A DNA stretch of 63,118 bases, filler included, from Reticulomyxa filosa (lineage: Eukaryota > Protista > Foraminifera), in assembly GCA_000512085.1 (NCBI GenBank). It is 24 parts of 24 records of this genome, joined end to end, with 100 filler letters (N's around TTAATTAATTAA, not from the genome) between each part and the next. Parts side by side here need not be neighbours in the genome. Positions count along the whole stretch, not along the records: positions 59,632 to 61,944 come from ASPP01021778.1; positions 62,045 to 63,118 come from ASPP01017004.1; 22 more parts are not named here. The stretch is one strand, 5' to 3'. A program made the translations under genes and the position numbers. The notes beneath the pieces are model-generated. The model saw only the letters and a list, made by a program, of their open reading frames with translations, made no database searches and was not told the origin of the DNA. Shown piece after piece: positions 61,302 through 63,118 of this stretch. How positions within the stretch are numbered: position 1 is the stretch's first letter; every line of letters starts with the position of its first letter.

Positions 61302-61892
61302 ATGTTATCTTCAGCTTTTGCCATTTCCTCTTGTCGTGGTTGTGACGCAAGTGATTGTAATTGCGGCGCGTCAAAAAGAAAAGATAAAGACAAAGACAAA
61401 GACAAAGACAAAGATACTGAAGAAAAATCAAAAGACACAAGTACTAAAACAACAGAAAAAGAAAAAGAAAAAGAAAAAGAGAGCTCAAACTATAATCAAC
61501 CATTCTCTCCTAATGGAATGCGTCGATCAAAATCTCATGAAAATTTTCAATCTCCTCGTCATTCAACGAAAACTGATCAAAATAAAGATGGAAAAAGTGA
61601 TTCAGTGAAACGTGTAGGATCTTACGATACATTACAAAAATTAAAAAAGCAAGAAGAAGAAAAAGAAAAACGTCGTGAATGGAATTTAAAATATGAAAAA
61701 ATTGATGAAAAGGAAGAAATTCGTCATGAAGAAGATGAAGAAGAAGAAGAAGATAAAGGAAGTAAAAGAAGAGAAAATAATGAAAGAGAAAGAGATAAAG
61801 AAAAAGAAAAAGATAAAGAAAAAGATAAAAGTTATTTTGAAGAAATTTCATCATGGCTTTCATGGGGTTCTAATCGTGATGAAAATAAATAA
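61302..61892 (+). CDS. Highly charged (KD/KE-repeat) low-complexity ORF or exon fragment
   Basis: 196-codon ORF with (AAAGAC)n and (AAAGAA)n hexamer repeats; no domain. Confidence 0.4.
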   Translation: MLSSAFAISSCRGCDASDCNCGASKRKDKDKDKDKDKDTEEKSKDTSTKTTEKEKEKEKESSNYNQPFSPNGMRRSKSHENFQSPRHSTKTDQNKDGKSDSVKRVGSYDTLQKLKKQEEEKEKRREWNLKYEKIDEKEEIRHEEDEEEEEDKGSKRRENNERERDKEKEKDKEKDKSYFEEISSWLSWGSNRDENK

Positions 61893-62199
61893 AAATAAAG
61901 AATAATTGTTAACAATTTATCTTTTCTTTTTTTTTTTTTTTTTTNNNNNNNNNNNNNNNNNNNNNNNNNNNNNNNNNNNNNNNNNNNNTTAATTAATTAA
62001 NNNNNNNNNNNNNNNNNNNNNNNNNNNNNNNNNNNNNNNNNNNNAAGGTCCTGTAGCAAATTTCCGAATGGGACTGTTTATTGGTTCTGGTTTGGGAAAG
62101 TGCTATTTGGAATTACAAAAATTAGATCACTCGTTTTCGTATTACACTTTTCCTTTTTTTTTTTTTTGAGTGATGTGTTTCTCCCTTCCTTGTCACCCA

Positions 62200-63013
62200 A
62201 TTAAAAAAAAAAAAAAAAAAGAGAACAAATGCTGGGTAAAAATAGTATTTCGAAATTAGTCAATTTGAGTGATGATGTGAAAGGAGTGCTGCTTGACACG
62301 AATGAAAACGGTAATTTAAAACAATTTTTTTTTTTTTTTAATGTGTGTGTTTTTGCAACCCCCTTTTTGGTGGTGAACATTGTCCAACACTGCAAATTAA
62401 AAAAAAAAAAAAAAAAGAAGAAGAACAAGAAGAAGGTCAGGAAGATGCCGACTCAGACACCGCCGATGACAAAGAAGAAAAGACGGCAAAGAACAAAAGC
62501 AAAGCCCCGTTAAGCACCAGGATATCCAACAACAAAACCGCCAAGCCTCCTCGGAAACGTTAAAACATTATATTGTCAGCCAATTTTTTTTTTATAATTT
62601 CATTTCTGTTTGGTTATGATTCACGGTCCATTACATTAGGAAAGAAAAAAAAAAAAAGGAAGGGAAGAGGTGGAGAGAAATAAAACAAAACAAAACAAAA
62701 CAAAAAAAAAAAATATATATACATATATATGTATATAAATAATGGATCGCAAACACGCATGACAACGAATGAAAAAAGAACCCATCCAGACACGCCCAGT
62801 GTCGACTCATGGGGATAGCTCACAAAGTGTGGCGGCGTCGTTCAAAGGCAAAATGGCGGACCTCGAAAGTGCAATCGACGTAACGAAAAAGGAGGAGTGT
62901 TTGTATTTGTCGCAACAGGTCGACAAGTGGCAAAAAGATGTGAAAAAACGGATCCTCGTATTGAACGAGGCCATCAGCAGTCTGCATACTGCCTTGGAGG
63001 AGTTGGATGAAAG
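62200..63013 (+). CDS. Multi-exon hypothetical protein with charged linker and coiled coil
   Basis: GC-elevated exon-like blocks at about 62220-62310, 62418-62560 and 62770-63013 between T/A-rich intron-like tracts. Confidence 0.4.
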
Positions 63014-63118
63014 TCAGTTTGCTGGTTTGTGTTATCATATTTTTTTTATGTTTCGTCACACAAAGAAGGGAGGAGCATTTATATATATTGTTTTTTTTGA
63101 TATTTAAAAAATGCGATG

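Noticed and set aside
1297-62044. Regularly recurring TTAATTAATTAA as a CRISPR-like or biological repeat
   Set aside because: Always centred in exactly 44+44 N; it is an assembly concatenation linker. ORFs ending in X...LIN are artefacts.
1-63118. tRNA, rRNA, CRISPR arrays, telomeric repeats
   Set aside because: None recognised by eye on either strand; tRNAscan-SE and Infernal would be needed to exclude divergent ones.

Overview
This window is not one continuous locus. It is 24 unrelated short contigs or contig pieces joined by an artificial 100-nt linker (N44-TTAATTAATTAA-N44), so gene neighbourhood only means something within a contig. All but one contig are AT-rich, intron-containing eukaryotic DNA. 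The WD40 genes with an N-terminal 'HWIRILNVKLGWINDFDKIV' exon, the multi-CAP-Gly and NACHT/HEAT-like remnants and the many pseudogenes match what I recall of the foraminiferan Reticulomyxa filosa (inference, needs BLAST). Recognisable genes: aquaporin, soluble adenylyl cyclase-type cyclase with a STAND ATPase, dually acylated EF-hand protein, F420-dependent NADP oxidoreductase-like protein with an intron, two WD40 paralogs, PPR protein, class I phosphodiesterase, myotubularin, equilibrative nucleoside transporter, PWI protein, atypical Ras-like GTPase, divergent actin, SLC35B-type transporter and a Rab GTPase. There are also Tc1/mariner and non-LTR retrotransposon remnants. One GC-rich contig (54671-55717) is bacterial (cyclopropane fatty acid synthase family). 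I found no convincing new multi-gene system. The strongest unexplained signals are (i) a perfect 122-bp inverted copy inserted with a 37-bp direct duplication into a gene 3.4 kb from its other copy, (ii) introns with T-rich 5' ends, A-rich acceptors and weak donors, part of a saw-tooth purine/pyrimidine skew, and (iii) a prokaryote-like FNO gene carrying a spliceosomal intron.
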